Source: an uncultured SAR86 cluster bacterium
Lineage (GTDB): Bacteria; Pseudomonadota; Gammaproteobacteria; Magnimaribacterales; D2472
Reading direction: 5' to 3'
NCBI GenBank assembly: GCA_902560315.1
Contig: CACELG010000005.1
Location: 2,652-66,651 of the forward strand
Length of the DNA stretch: 64,000 bases
Part shown: in pieces, positions 9,488-18,612 of the stretch
Layout: each line of letters starts with the position of its first letter
Position numbering within the stretch: position 1 is the first letter of the stretch
Position numbers and translations under genes: made by a program
The notes under the pieces: model-generated
Seen by the model: only the letters and a program-made list of their open reading frames with translations
What the model was told of the DNA's origin: nothing
The model's database searches: none

Positions 9488-10699
9488 ATGCACCAAGAAA
9501 TTATAGCAAGGTTTGATTCTCTTAAAGAGAAGCAATTATCAATAGATATTACAAGAGGTAAACCAGATAAAGATCAATTAGACTTATCAAATGACTTAAT
9601 AGATCTCTCAATACCAATATCATCTGAAGATGGAATAGATTTAAGGAATTACGGAGAACCTTTTGGAATTATAGAGGCAAGAAGATTAGGATCTGAATTA
9701 CTTAATGCTCCTATTGAAAATATCTTAGCAGGAGAGCAGTCCAGCTTGTTGCTTGCCTATCAAACAGTTCTTTCAAATTATCTTTTTGCAGACCCAATAC
9801 CCTGGAAAGATATAAAAAACCCTAAATTTGTTTGTCCAGTTCCTGGATTTGATAGGCATTTTATGATGCTTGATGACTTTGGCATAGAAGCAGTACCAAT
9901 TCCTCTTAAAGAAGATGGAATAGATTTACTCGCCTTTGAAGAAGCCCTAAAAGATGAAGAAGACTTTGTTGGAATTTTATGTGTTCCAAAACACTCCAAT
10001 CCTTCGGGAGAAATATATTCTGATGATAATCTTCAAAGGATGTTTGAAATAGGGTCTAATTATTCTAATAAATTCTTATTCCTTTTTGATCATGCCTATT
10101 TAATTCATGATTTCTTACCAACTCCAGAACAAAAACCTATCTGGGAAATTGTCACAGAATCCAATGTTCAGGAACAAACTGTAATAACAACTTCTTTTTC
10201 AAAAGTAACATTTGGTGGCGGTAGTATTTCATTTATGGCGACATCAGGACATTCTATGGATTTAATTAAAAAAGTAAGAACAACAATGATTATATGTCCT
10301 GACAAATTAAATCAAAAAAGACACGTAGAGTTTTTTAAAGATGCTGCAACAGTTAAATCACATATGAAAAAACATGCCAAATTAATTAGGCCTAAATTTG
10401 AATTAGCATATGAATATTTAGAAAAATTACCTGAAGAGTGTGGAACTTTTTCAAGACCTACTGGTGGATACTTTATTACTTATTCAACCTCAAAGCCTAT
10501 AGCCACAAAAGTTGTTGAATTGTGTAAAGAAATGGGGGTTTTAATAACACCAGCTGGATCAACATTTCCTAATAATTATGATCCCAATGATAGTGTTATT
10601 AGGATTGCTCCGACATATGTAACAATAGATGAGTTAGCTGATGCTATGAATGTATTTACAACTTCTGTTGAGATGGCCCATTTTGGAATAGAAATCTAA
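9488..10699 (+). CDS. PLP-dependent aminotransferase (class I/II fold)
   Basis: 403 aa. Contains PKHSNPSG and SFSKV (candidate PLP lysine) motifs. Substrate is unknown. Confidence 0.7.
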   Translation: MHQEIIARFDSLKEKQLSIDITRGKPDKDQLDLSNDLIDLSIPISSEDGIDLRNYGEPFGIIEARRLGSELLNAPIENILAGEQSSLLLAYQTVLSNYLFADPIPWKDIKNPKFVCPVPGFDRHFMMLDDFGIEAVPIPLKEDGIDLLAFEEALKDEEDFVGILCVPKHSNPSGEIYSDDNLQRMFEIGSNYSNKFLFLFDHAYLIHDFLPTPEQKPIWEIVTESNVQEQTVITTSFSKVTFGGGSISFMATSGHSMDLIKKVRTTMIICPDKLNQKRHVEFFKDAATVKSHMKKHAKLIRPKFELAYEYLEKLPEECGTFSRPTGGYFITYSTSKPIATKVVELCKEMGVLITPAGSTFPNNYDPNDSVIRIAPTYVTIDELADAMNVFTTSVEMAHFGIEI

Positions 10700-11028
10700 T
10701 TTGTTGCGACATTATGGGGAATATAACACTTTCCATCAAAGTGAGAAAAAATCTTTTTAATATCTGGATGATTTGCAGGACCGCCTTCCAAATCATCAAG
10801 TAGATTTTGTTCAGAAACATAAGCTATATAAAAAATTTCTTTATTTTCTGCAAAGACATGATAGAAGGGTTGATCCTTACGTGGTCTAAAATCTTCTGGT
10901 ATTGCGTTATACCATTCTTCGGTATTGTTAAACGATGGATCTAAATCAAACACAACACCTCGAAAATCTAGAAATTTATGTTTTACAATATTTCCGATTG
11001 AGAACTTTGCTTCTACTAATTCTTGCAT
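10696..11028 (-). CDS. hspQ: HspQ/YccV-family hemimethylated-DNA-binding heat shock protein
   Basis: 110 aa. The FSIGNIVKHKFLDFRGVVFDLDP and PFYHV motifs are typical of YccV. Confidence 0.8.
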   Translation of the reverse strand: MQELVEAKFSIGNIVKHKFLDFRGVVFDLDPSFNNTEEWYNAIPEDFRPRKDQPFYHVFAENKEIFYIAYVSEQNLLDDLEGGPANHPDIKKIFSHFDGKCYIPHNVATN

Positions 11029-11064
11029 TATATTTATAACTTAAACCATTATTAGGAAAATGTC

Positions 11065-11391
11065 ATGAATGAAGATATTAAAGTTATTACGACATATGAT
11101 ATTGCAAATGTAGAGATACAAGAACATATAGGTCTTGTTCAGGGCAGTACTGTTAGGTCAAGAAATGTTGGATCTGATATGTTTGCCTTTCTTAAAAATA
11201 TTATTGGTGGAGAATTAGTTGGATATTCTAAGCTTTTAAAAACTTCAAGAGATCAAGCATATGAAAGGATGCTTGAAGATGCTAAATCTAAAGGGGCAAA
11301 TGCAATATTAGGATTTCGATTTCAAACATCAACCGTTGCTCAAGGAGCAGCAGAGATTTTGGCATATGGAACTGCTGTAAAAATTAAATAG
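11065..11391 (+). CDS. ybjQ: YbjQ/UPF0145-family protein
   Basis: 108 aa. Contains the GGE..GYSKLL...R..A..RM...A...GANAI.G.RF pattern. Confidence 0.8.
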   Translation: MNEDIKVITTYDIANVEIQEHIGLVQGSTVRSRNVGSDMFAFLKNIIGGELVGYSKLLKTSRDQAYERMLEDAKSKGANAILGFRFQTSTVAQGAAEILAYGTAVKIK

Positions 11392-11399
11392 GAAATAAT

Positions 11400-11624
11400 A
11401 TGAATAAAACAGAAAAAGTTGCTTTAAGAGAAGCAGTAATTGTGGTCTTAATGGGAGCTGTAATTAACTTTCCATTACAAACTTATCTTTTATGGCTAAC
11501 AATTAATAATTGGCAGTGGTCAGACCCACTTAAAATATCAGTTTTCATTCAGCTTATTATTACTGTAGTAGCCTTAATAAGAGTCTATGCAATTAGAATG
11601 AGGTTCCAAAGAGGTAAATTTTAA
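11400..11624 (+). CDS. Small 2-TM membrane protein, uncharacterised
   Basis: 74 aa with two hydrophobic helices and a basic C-terminus. I recognise no family. Confidence 0.45.
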   Translation: MNKTEKVALREAVIVVLMGAVINFPLQTYLLWLTINNWQWSDPLKISVFIQLIITVVALIRVYAIRMRFQRGKF

Positions 11625-12001
11625 TTATCCTGCTTTTCTTTTTTGTCATTCTTTTTTTCAGACATTTTTCTCATTTTCATTCTATGATTAATCATGTCCT
11701 TGCACCAAACATTATAAATAGTTGAATAGTTAGCTGCCATATCTGCTAAAACACTAACCTCAAGCCATTTTTCTTCGTTCTCAGGATTGAGTTCAATTTC
11801 TTTCCAAACAGAGTCGCCTAAAGAGAGCAATCCAAAGATTCCATCTTTAACTTCTTTGCATGTTTTAAAATCCAAAAGATAGTTTGGATTGTTCATAAAC
11901 TTATCCTTCATAGTTTCTTTCTTGTCTATATGATCGTCTGCGACAAGAGTAAAGCAAAGAAAAAAACTTAATATCATTGTAAAATTTTTCATAATTTTCA
12001 C
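11621..12001 (-). CDS. Small secreted protein, uncharacterised
   Basis: 126 aa with a signal-peptide-like N-terminus (ILSFFLCFTLVADD), two Cys and a Lys/Glu-rich tail. I recognise no family. Confidence 0.45.
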   Translation of the reverse strand: MKIMKNFTMILSFFLCFTLVADDHIDKKETMKDKFMNNPNYLLDFKTCKEVKDGIFGLLSLGDSVWKEIELNPENEEKWLEVSVLADMAANYSTIYNVWCKDMINHRMKMRKMSEKKNDKKEKQDN

Positions 12002-12094
12002 CTTATATTTGTTGATATATATTAGGGTACATTTTTTTTTATAAAAGTTCCAAAAATATCTTTACTTTTAATTTTAAGTATTCATAATGCGCCA

Positions 12095-12141
12095 ATATTC
12101 ATACTAATAAGCATATTCTGAGTGTTTATTAGTATGAATAT
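12095..12141. promoter_or_regulatory. Perfect 16-bp inverted repeat with 15-nt spacer in a divergent intergenic region, covering a start codon
   Basis: ATATTCATACTAATAA (12095-12110) and TTATTAGTATGAATAT (12126-12141) are exact reverse complements. The right arm contains ATG 12134 of the 86-aa ORF. Confidence 0.7.
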
Positions 12142-12394
12142 ACTTGATTTAATTCAATTATTGAGTGTTTTTTTCGGTACTTTGATAGCCGCACCTCTTG
12201 TTGTTTCAAAAAAAGCTAAAAAAAGAATGATGGGGCTTTCTGCTGTTATTGCTGGGAGTTTTTTCGCGATAATTGTCCAACTTTATCTAGGTTTGTACTA
12301 CTTTGTATTTGCAAATGCATTTTGGCTTCTCAATGCATGTAACGGCATAAAGAAAATAATTAAAACTAAAAATAAGAGGGTTAAAAATTTTTGA
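12134..12394 (+). CDS. Small 3-TM membrane protein (tentatively SemiSWEET/PQ-loop-like topology)
   Basis: Track ORF (GTG 12122) trimmed to ATG 12134, giving 86 aa. It has three TM helices. A Pro then basic loop then GLS segment after TM1 resembles PQ-loop proteins, but this is weak. Confidence 0.4.
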   Translation: MNILDLIQLLSVFFGTLIAAPLVVSKKAKKRMMGLSAVIAGSFFAIIVQLYLGLYYFVFANAFWLLNACNGIKKIIKTKNKRVKNF

Positions 12395-13052
12395 AATATC
12401 TATAATCTATATAGTGAATACCTTCTTCAACTGAATCCATTTTAGAAATGATTGCTTTAGCTACTTTTTTTGCCTCTACATTTTTAAATTTTTGTAATGA
12501 CCCAATCATAAGGAAGCCAAAAAAGTTCGTTATTTTTTCAAATACTTTTACATTCATAGCAATATCTTCTCCGGCACGCTTTCCTAATAAATGACTTGGA
12601 TGAGCAATAATAATTTTTTTATATCCAACTAATTTAATTTCTTGTTCAATATCACCTTTAACTTTTAAGTATGTATTAAAAGATTTAGAATTTGCTCCAA
12701 TTGCAGATATCAAACCAAGTGAATTAGCTCCACAGTTTTTAGCAAATTCAGCAACTTTTTTAATGTAATTAAAATCTACATTAACAAAACTTTTTCTATT
12801 ATTTTTTTTAATATAAATAAGTTCAGAAAGGCTTAACTTGTGCCCAATTCCGATATAAATTTCATCGATCTTAAGATTTGTATCCAAAGAATCAATATCT
12901 TCAAAATCAATAACTATCTGATTAATACTATTTTCACATAAAAGCTTCTTTCTGCTGAGTAGAATTAACTCATTGTTGGTTGTTTTTAAGTTTTCAAGTA
13001 TTTCTCCGCCAACCAAACCAGAAGCTCCAACAATTAAAATTTTTTTACTCAT
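12381..13052 (-). CDS. NAD(P)H-binding Rossmann-fold protein (atypical SDR)
   Basis: 223 aa with N-terminal KILIVGASGLVGGEIL. Confidence 0.65.
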   Translation of the reverse strand: MSKKILIVGASGLVGGEILENLKTTNNELILLSRKKLLCENSINQIVIDFEDIDSLDTNLKIDEIYIGIGHKLSLSELIYIKKNNRKSFVNVDFNYIKKVAEFAKNCGANSLGLISAIGANSKSFNTYLKVKGDIEQEIKLVGYKKIIIAHPSHLLGKRAGEDIAMNVKVFEKITNFFGFLMIGSLQKFKNVEAKKVAKAIISKMDSVEEGIHYIDYRYFKNF

Positions 13053-13539
13053 GTAATTCTTTTATGGTTTCATCAACAAGCTGATCAATAGTTTTGGACC
13101 CATCTAAGATTATCTCGCAATATTTCTGATACATAGGTTCTCTTTCAGAATAGATCTCAGGAATTGACATTCCTTCTGGCACTGCAAGACCTCTTTTTTG
13201 ATTAATATCAATTCTTTCAATAATTATCTCAAGAGGAGTATTTATGTATATGACTTTAGAAAATTTTTTAAGATGTTCCATCGATTTTGCTGAATAGATA
13301 GCACTTCCTCCGGTAGAGATGATTCTATTAGATGAGGTTAGACCAAGTATTACTTTTTCCTCTTCATCTCTTACAAATTTGTAATCATATTTATTTTTGA
13401 TTTCTTCAAGTGTGGCCTTATGCTTTTGTTCAATAAGCAAATCAGTATCAACAAAGGTAACACCTATTTTATCTGAAACAGCTTTTCCGATTGTAGATTT
13501 ACCACAAGCCGCCATACCAATGAAACTAATGTTAATCAT
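13045..13539 (-). CDS. aroK: Shikimate kinase family protein
   Basis: Track ORF trimmed to Met28 (MINISFIGMAACGKSTIG is the P-loop). Also contains DTD, STGGSAIY and RE.MY motifs. Confidence 0.75.
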   Translation of the reverse strand: MINISFIGMAACGKSTIGKAVSDKIGVTFVDTDLLIEQKHKATLEEIKNKYDYKFVRDEEEKVILGLTSSNRIISTGGSAIYSAKSMEHLKKFSKVIYINTPLEIIIERIDINQKRGLAVPEGMSIPEIYSEREPMYQKYCEIILDGSKTIDQLVDETIKELHE

Positions 13540-14494
13540 TTTTTGCAAATTCCTCAGTTGCCCTAATAAGTTCATGAGTAATTTCTTTTTCAAATGCGCT
13601 ATGTCCTGAAGAGGGCGCAACTATTAATTCTGCTTCAGGCCAATTTTTTGAAAGCTCCCATGCTGTTTCCATTGGACAGACAATATCATATCTACCTTGT
13701 ATTATTTTAGCTGGTATATCGCGAATTTGATCAATAGAAGATGGTGAAATGAGCTGATCTTCATTATCAAGGAAACCTCTATTTACAAAGTAATGATTTT
13801 CAATAAGCGCAAAAGCTAAGGCAAATTTAGATTCAGAATATGAAGAAATCATATCAGGTTTATGACTTAGCGTACTTACAGATCCCTCCCATTTGGACCA
13901 AGCTACTGCGGCCTCCATTTTCTTTTTATCATCATCTCCCGTAAAAATTTTATAGTATGCATCCATTAAATCATGTCTGTCTTCATCTTTAATAGGTCTT
14001 AAAAATCCCTCCCAGGCTTCTGGAAATATTCTGCTAGCTCCATCTTGATAAAACCACTTAAGCTCTTTATCCCTTAACATAAAGATGCCTCTGAGAACTA
14101 ATTCTGAAACTGAATTAGGATATGTTTGAGCATAAGCCAGTGAAAGTGTGCTACCCCATGAACCACCAAAAACAAGCCATTTTTTGATTTCTAGTTTTTC
14201 TTTAAGCTTCTCAATATCATCGACTAAATCCCATGTTGTATTGTTTTCTAGACAAGCATGAGGTTGACTTCTACCACAGCCGCGTTGATCAAATATTACA
14301 ATTCTGAATAAGTCTGGGTTAAAAAATCCTCTTACTTTTGTGCTTCCTCCACCACCAGGTCCTCCATGAAGAAAAACAGCAGGCTTTCCATTCGGATTTC
14401 CGCATTCTTCATAATAAATCTTATGTTCATCAACATCCAAGTAGCCTGAAGAATATGGTTCGATATTTTCAAAAAGTGTATTTATTTGACTCAC
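13532..14494 (-). CDS. pip: Proline iminopeptidase (alpha/beta hydrolase)
   Basis: 320 aa. Contains HGGPGGG, DQRGCGRS and GGSWGSTL (nucleophile elbow) motifs. Confidence 0.9.
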   Translation of the reverse strand: MSQINTLFENIEPYSSGYLDVDEHKIYYEECGNPNGKPAVFLHGGPGGGGSTKVRGFFNPDLFRIVIFDQRGCGRSQPHACLENNTTWDLVDDIEKLKEKLEIKKWLVFGGSWGSTLSLAYAQTYPNSVSELVLRGIFMLRDKELKWFYQDGASRIFPEAWEGFLRPIKDEDRHDLMDAYYKIFTGDDDKKKMEAAVAWSKWEGSVSTLSHKPDMISSYSESKFALAFALIENHYFVNRGFLDNEDQLISPSSIDQIRDIPAKIIQGRYDIVCPMETAWELSKNWPEAELIVAPSSGHSAFEKEITHELIRATEEFAKND

Positions 14495-15468
14495 GATCCA
14501 AGCATTTTTTCAGTGATATCCCATAATCTTGATGCCTCGTCAGTATCTACAGCCCAATCAGCTACACCAAAATATCTTTGAAGTGACTCATCCACCTCAT
14601 TTTTTCTTTTTGCTATATCACAGTCTTCACAAAATATACCACCTATATCATTTAGGTTTGGGCTTGTAGCACACCAAAGACTGGTTGATGCTCCTTGACT
14701 AGTTGTCTTAAAGAAATTTTTTGCCATTTCTGATAGTGAACCATCTTCATCCATCCAGCCCAAAGCAATCATTTCCTCTTTTTGAAGATGACGCTGAAGA
14801 GGAGTTATGATACCACCTGGATGAACGGAATAACCTGATACACCTTTATCTATCATTCTTCTATGAAATTCAATCGCGATTAATGACGATGCTGTTTTAG
14901 ATTGACCATATGCCATCCATTTATCATACGGATTATTTTGAAAGTGAATATCATCCCAGAGTATTCCAGTAAGAGAATGTGCTGAGGATGAAAGACTAAC
15001 AAATCTTGCACCAACATTTTCAGCCATTAAGTCCATTAATTCTCGCGTAAGTAAAAAATGACCTATGTGGTTTATGGCAAACTGGCTCTCCCAGTTATTA
15101 CTAATTCTTGTTTCAGGACAGGCCATAATTCCAGCATTATTAATTAATAAATCTAATTTTTTAAAGTTTTCTTTATAACCGTCAGTAAAATTTTTAACAG
15201 AATTTAAATCACTTAAATCCATTTCAACAATATTTTTTTTAGAAACAATTCCCTCAAGATTTTTAATAGCTACGTCTGATCTTTTGGCAGGAATAATCAC
15301 CTCAGCTCCTATATCAACCAATGCCCGTGTAGTTTCAAGACCAATACCTGAGTAGCCACCAGTAACAATAGCAATTTTCCCATTCAGATCGACATCTTTT
15401 GTTATATCATTAGCGTTTGATTTAGAATTAAATCCTGAGCTAATTGGTTTTTGTAGTGAAGAAATCAT
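14491..15468 (-). CDS. Short-chain dehydrogenase/reductase
   Basis: Track ORF (to 15528) runs into tRNA-Phe, so I trimmed it to Met21. Contains VTGGYSGIG, NNAG and Y..SK motifs. Confidence 0.8.
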   Translation of the reverse strand: MISSLQKPISSGFNSKSNANDITKDVDLNGKIAIVTGGYSGIGLETTRALVDIGAEVIIPAKRSDVAIKNLEGIVSKKNIVEMDLSDLNSVKNFTDGYKENFKKLDLLINNAGIMACPETRISNNWESQFAINHIGHFLLTRELMDLMAENVGARFVSLSSSAHSLTGILWDDIHFQNNPYDKWMAYGQSKTASSLIAIEFHRRMIDKGVSGYSVHPGGIITPLQRHLQKEEMIALGWMDEDGSLSEMAKNFFKTTSQGASTSLWCATSPNLNDIGGIFCEDCDIAKRKNEVDESLQRYFGVADWAVDTDEASRLWDITEKMLGS

Positions 15469-15495
15469 CTTGATATTGTAACTTTTTATATTAAA

Positions 15496-15571
15496 TGGTG
15501 CCCAGAGGTGGGATCGAACCACCGACACAAGGATTTTCAGTCCTTTGCTCTACCAACTGAGCTATCTGGGC
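15496..15571 (-). tRNA. tRNA-Phe (anticodon GAA), CCA encoded
   Basis: The reverse complement GCCCAGATAGCTCAGTTGGTAGAGCAAAGGACTGAAAATCCTTGTGTCGGTGGTTCGATCCCACCTCTGGGCACCA folds as a cloverleaf. The anticodon loop is CTGAAAA and a T-loop GGTTCGATCC is present. Confidence 0.95.
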
Positions 15572-15629
15572 TTAAATTGAACTTTGGATTATAGGCAAGT
15601 TTACAACTGTTGTCATTAAGTCTAACCAG

Positions 15630-18233
15630 TTAAGCACGAACTCTCTCATTGGTCGGATCATAAAGCGATCCTTTGCCAACTATTTGAACAGTCATAGGGT
15701 ACAAGCCATCACCACCCTCATCAAAGTATTCGATTAATAGTGACTTTCCTTGGACAGCAATTTCTTTTGGAAGATAGCCCATAACTACAAATTTCTTTAA
15801 AGATGGGCAATAAGACATACCAGTTGTATATGACCTTCTTCCTTTACTATCTATTGGAACTTCGCCTGTTGCTGGATCAATAATTGGTGATGTACCAACA
15901 GGGTATCTTGTCTTTCCAGATACATTGAGATCATCTAATGTCATTGTGCATAGAATTGCACATGGATCTTCTTCTCTTTGAGAAAGATGAGCTGCTTTGC
16001 CATGGAAATCAGCTTCTTTTACAAGAGGCCTTTGAATGGCTGCTTCAATGGCTGTGTATTCTGTTTCCAGATCTGCACCTTGAAGTCTGAAACTTTTCTC
16101 AAGCCTTCTACTATTAGCATAAGTTTCAATACCAACTGGAACTACTCCAACTTCATGCAATGAATCATATAAAGCCAAACCATCTTCTTTATTATTGTTA
16201 AAGTATATTTCCCATCCGCTTTCACCAACATAAGAGATTCGAGCTGCCCAAACATCAACTTTCTTTCCACCTGACAAATTCAGAGTTAAGTTTTTTGCAG
16301 TTACAAATGGAAAATTACTAATATGAATTTCATTTGGATCAATGAAATTACCAAGGGCATTCACAGCTTTTGGTCCCCATAAACCTAAAGTCGCAATATC
16401 ATGTGTTCTAATATTTATATCTGCATTTAAGCCATTGTCATCTCTATAGTTTCTCAATGTTACCCAGTCACGATTACCATCAGCGCCACCAGTTACAACT
16501 CTGTAACTATCAGAACCTAAACGTGAAATGGTGAGGTCTGCATGAACTCCGCCATCTTCATCTAAGAAGTTGGTGTAAATAACTTTTCCTTCTGGAGTAT
16601 TTCCGCCAACTTTTGCTACTGATAAGTATTCCAACATACGTTCGGCATCTGGACCTTTAATGTCCATGATAGGAAAATGAGATAAGTTAATCATGCCAAC
16701 TGAATCACTCATTGCAAGATGCTCAGCATTGGCAACGTCATAAGGTACATGACGAGTATCCCATTCATTTTCCCTTATAGGCACTTCTTTTAAATAGCTA
16801 TCAAGTTTTTCTCTATTACTAATATAAGCAAGGGCTCTTTCCCATCCAGCAACTTCGTTTTCAAAATGCCCGCCAAGTTCCTTTTCTCTTTCATAAAATG
16901 GACTAACAAACATTTCTCTTTGAGTAATATAAGGTTCTCTAGGATGAACGGCAGGGGTATAAATAGTTTGAGAATTTTCAAAAGCTCTTGTCTTTACATA
17001 ATCTCTTTCTTTTTGATGTGGATAGAATCTTGATATATCAAAAGAATGCATATCTACTTGAGTCTTACCATTCACCATTGCTTCTGCGCAAAGTCTGGCA
17101 CAGCCTGGTCCATCTTTGACCCATACAGCTTCACATAACCAAAATCCTCTAACCTCAGGACTTTCACCAATTAAAGAACCCGCATCAGCTGTTACAGAAA
17201 GAAGTCCGTTAAATGAGCTTTTTTCATCCCAGCCCAATTCACTAAGAATTGGAGTTGTTTCAAAAGCCTTTTCAAGAGGTTCAGCAATCTCTTCGAGTTC
17301 TAAATATCTCATAGAATCTGACAACATGGTCTTATCAGGATTTCCTATGTCTTCAGGATCAACCAATCTAGGATTTTTATCTTCATAATATCCCCATTCG
17401 AGCATACCACCGTGAAATTTACCTGTATCTCTAACATAGGCTGAATTACCTTGATCTCTTAGAAGAGGGTAGACTAGCATTTCTTCAGTATCTTGAATTT
17501 CTTCGTATGGTCCAAAAAATAATAGTGGGTGTTCAACTGGCATCAAAGGAACACCAACACCTGCCTTATTACCCATTAAAGGTCCCCAAATTCCAGAAGC
17601 AATTACAACTTTCTTAGTTTTAATTGTTCCTTTGTCAGTTTTAACACCTACAATTTTGCCGTCTTCTATTTCAAAATCATTTGCTGGAGTATTTGTAAAA
17701 GTCTTCAGCGCTCCTTTATCTTTAGCACTTTCTACAGCAAAGTTAACAACCTCTTGTGATCGAGGAACGACAAGACCTGCGTCTGGATCCCACATAGCAC
17801 CTCGCATAGATTCTTCCTCAAGTAGGGGAAATTTTTCAACTGCCTCAGCTGCTGATATTAATCTAACGTTTGTACCAAATGCCTTCCCTGACGCAACTTT
17901 TCTTTTAAGCTCTTCCCAACGTTCATCATCATCTTTACGACAGATTTCTAAACCGCCTTTTTTTAAAAAGAATCCATTATCTTCGTAAAACTGTCTGCTG
18001 AATGCTGTAGTCCAGCAGCCTAATTTGTCATGAGTAGTGTTATACACAAAATCAGATGCGTGAGCGGTTGAGGCAATATCAGATGGAATTATTGTAGATT
18101 TTTCTAATCCTACAATATTTTTTTGACCGAGTTCTGCAAGCCAGTAGGCAAGCATTGAGCCTACAATTCCCCCTACACCAACAATGACAACTTCAGCTTC
18201 ATTTGGAAATTTAGAGTTTGTATTATCAGCCAT
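15630..18233 (-). CDS. FAD-dependent oxidoreductase fused to a GcvT-like folate-binding aminomethyltransferase domain (dimethylglycine/sarcosine dehydrogenase family)
   Basis: 867 aa. It has an N-terminal dinucleotide fold (VVIVGVGGIVGSMLAYWLA) and a C-terminal GcvT-like region (SHFPIMDIKGPDA...GLWGPKA...ISYVGESGWEIY). Confidence 0.75.
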   Translation of the reverse strand: MADNTNSKFPNEAEVVIVGVGGIVGSMLAYWLAELGQKNIVGLEKSTIIPSDIASTAHASDFVYNTTHDKLGCWTTAFSRQFYEDNGFFLKKGGLEICRKDDDERWEELKRKVASGKAFGTNVRLISAAEAVEKFPLLEEESMRGAMWDPDAGLVVPRSQEVVNFAVESAKDKGALKTFTNTPANDFEIEDGKIVGVKTDKGTIKTKKVVIASGIWGPLMGNKAGVGVPLMPVEHPLLFFGPYEEIQDTEEMLVYPLLRDQGNSAYVRDTGKFHGGMLEWGYYEDKNPRLVDPEDIGNPDKTMLSDSMRYLELEEIAEPLEKAFETTPILSELGWDEKSSFNGLLSVTADAGSLIGESPEVRGFWLCEAVWVKDGPGCARLCAEAMVNGKTQVDMHSFDISRFYPHQKERDYVKTRAFENSQTIYTPAVHPREPYITQREMFVSPFYEREKELGGHFENEVAGWERALAYISNREKLDSYLKEVPIRENEWDTRHVPYDVANAEHLAMSDSVGMINLSHFPIMDIKGPDAERMLEYLSVAKVGGNTPEGKVIYTNFLDEDGGVHADLTISRLGSDSYRVVTGGADGNRDWVTLRNYRDDNGLNADINIRTHDIATLGLWGPKAVNALGNFIDPNEIHISNFPFVTAKNLTLNLSGGKKVDVWAARISYVGESGWEIYFNNNKEDGLALYDSLHEVGVVPVGIETYANSRRLEKSFRLQGADLETEYTAIEAAIQRPLVKEADFHGKAAHLSQREEDPCAILCTMTLDDLNVSGKTRYPVGTSPIIDPATGEVPIDSKGRRSYTTGMSYCPSLKKFVVMGYLPKEIAVQGKSLLIEYFDEGGDGLYPMTVQIVGKGSLYDPTNERVRA

Positions 18234-18342
18234 ACTTTGCCCCTATTAAGAATAAAAAAACTTCTTAAATTAAACGCCATTTCTTTTATTTTGTAAATCA
18301 AAATATTTCATGATTTTATGACTATTAAAGATAGAAAAATTT

Positions 18343-18612
18343 TTAGTCTAGAGCTTTAAATCCTGATGCTTTTTCGTAATCTTCATTATTAAAAAATTTC
18401 TCCATTTGATCTTGAAGCCATTTTCGATTTTCTTGGTCTGACATATCCAGGTGCTTTTCATTTATTAAAGTTGTCTGATGTGATTTCCACATTTCCCATG
18501 CCTCTTCAGATATAGATTCCATAATTTCTTGGCCTTTTAGTCCAGGCATTGGTGGTACCAATAAAGCTGGAAGTTCTTTATTAAGCTTTTTACAAAGTAT
18601 TTTCTTAGACAT
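18343..18612 (-). CDS. yggX: Fe(2+)-trafficking protein YggX
   Basis: 89 aa. Contains the AWEMWKSHQTTLINEKHLDM motif and lies downstream of mutY as in E. coli. Confidence 0.9.
   Translation of the reverse strand: MSKKILCKKLNKELPALLVPPMPGLKGQEIMESISEEAWEMWKSHQTTLINEKHLDMSDQENRKWLQDQMEKFFNNEDYEKASGFKALD

Noticed and set aside
15469-15528. N-terminal extension of the SDR ORF, plus similar track extensions at lgt, aroK, rhodanese, gmk, ridA, trpG, DsbA-like and the two SDRs at 52017 and 52765.
   Set aside because: The SDR extension runs through tRNA-Phe. In each of the other cases a downstream Met aligns with the family's conserved N-terminus, often with an RBS or an ATGA junction, so I trimmed the starts.
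15496-15571. tRNA-Phe as a possible genomic-island integration site.
   Set aside because: Flanking genes are ordinary metabolic genes. No integrase, no direct repeat of the tRNA 3' end and no phage or plasmid genes are visible on either side.
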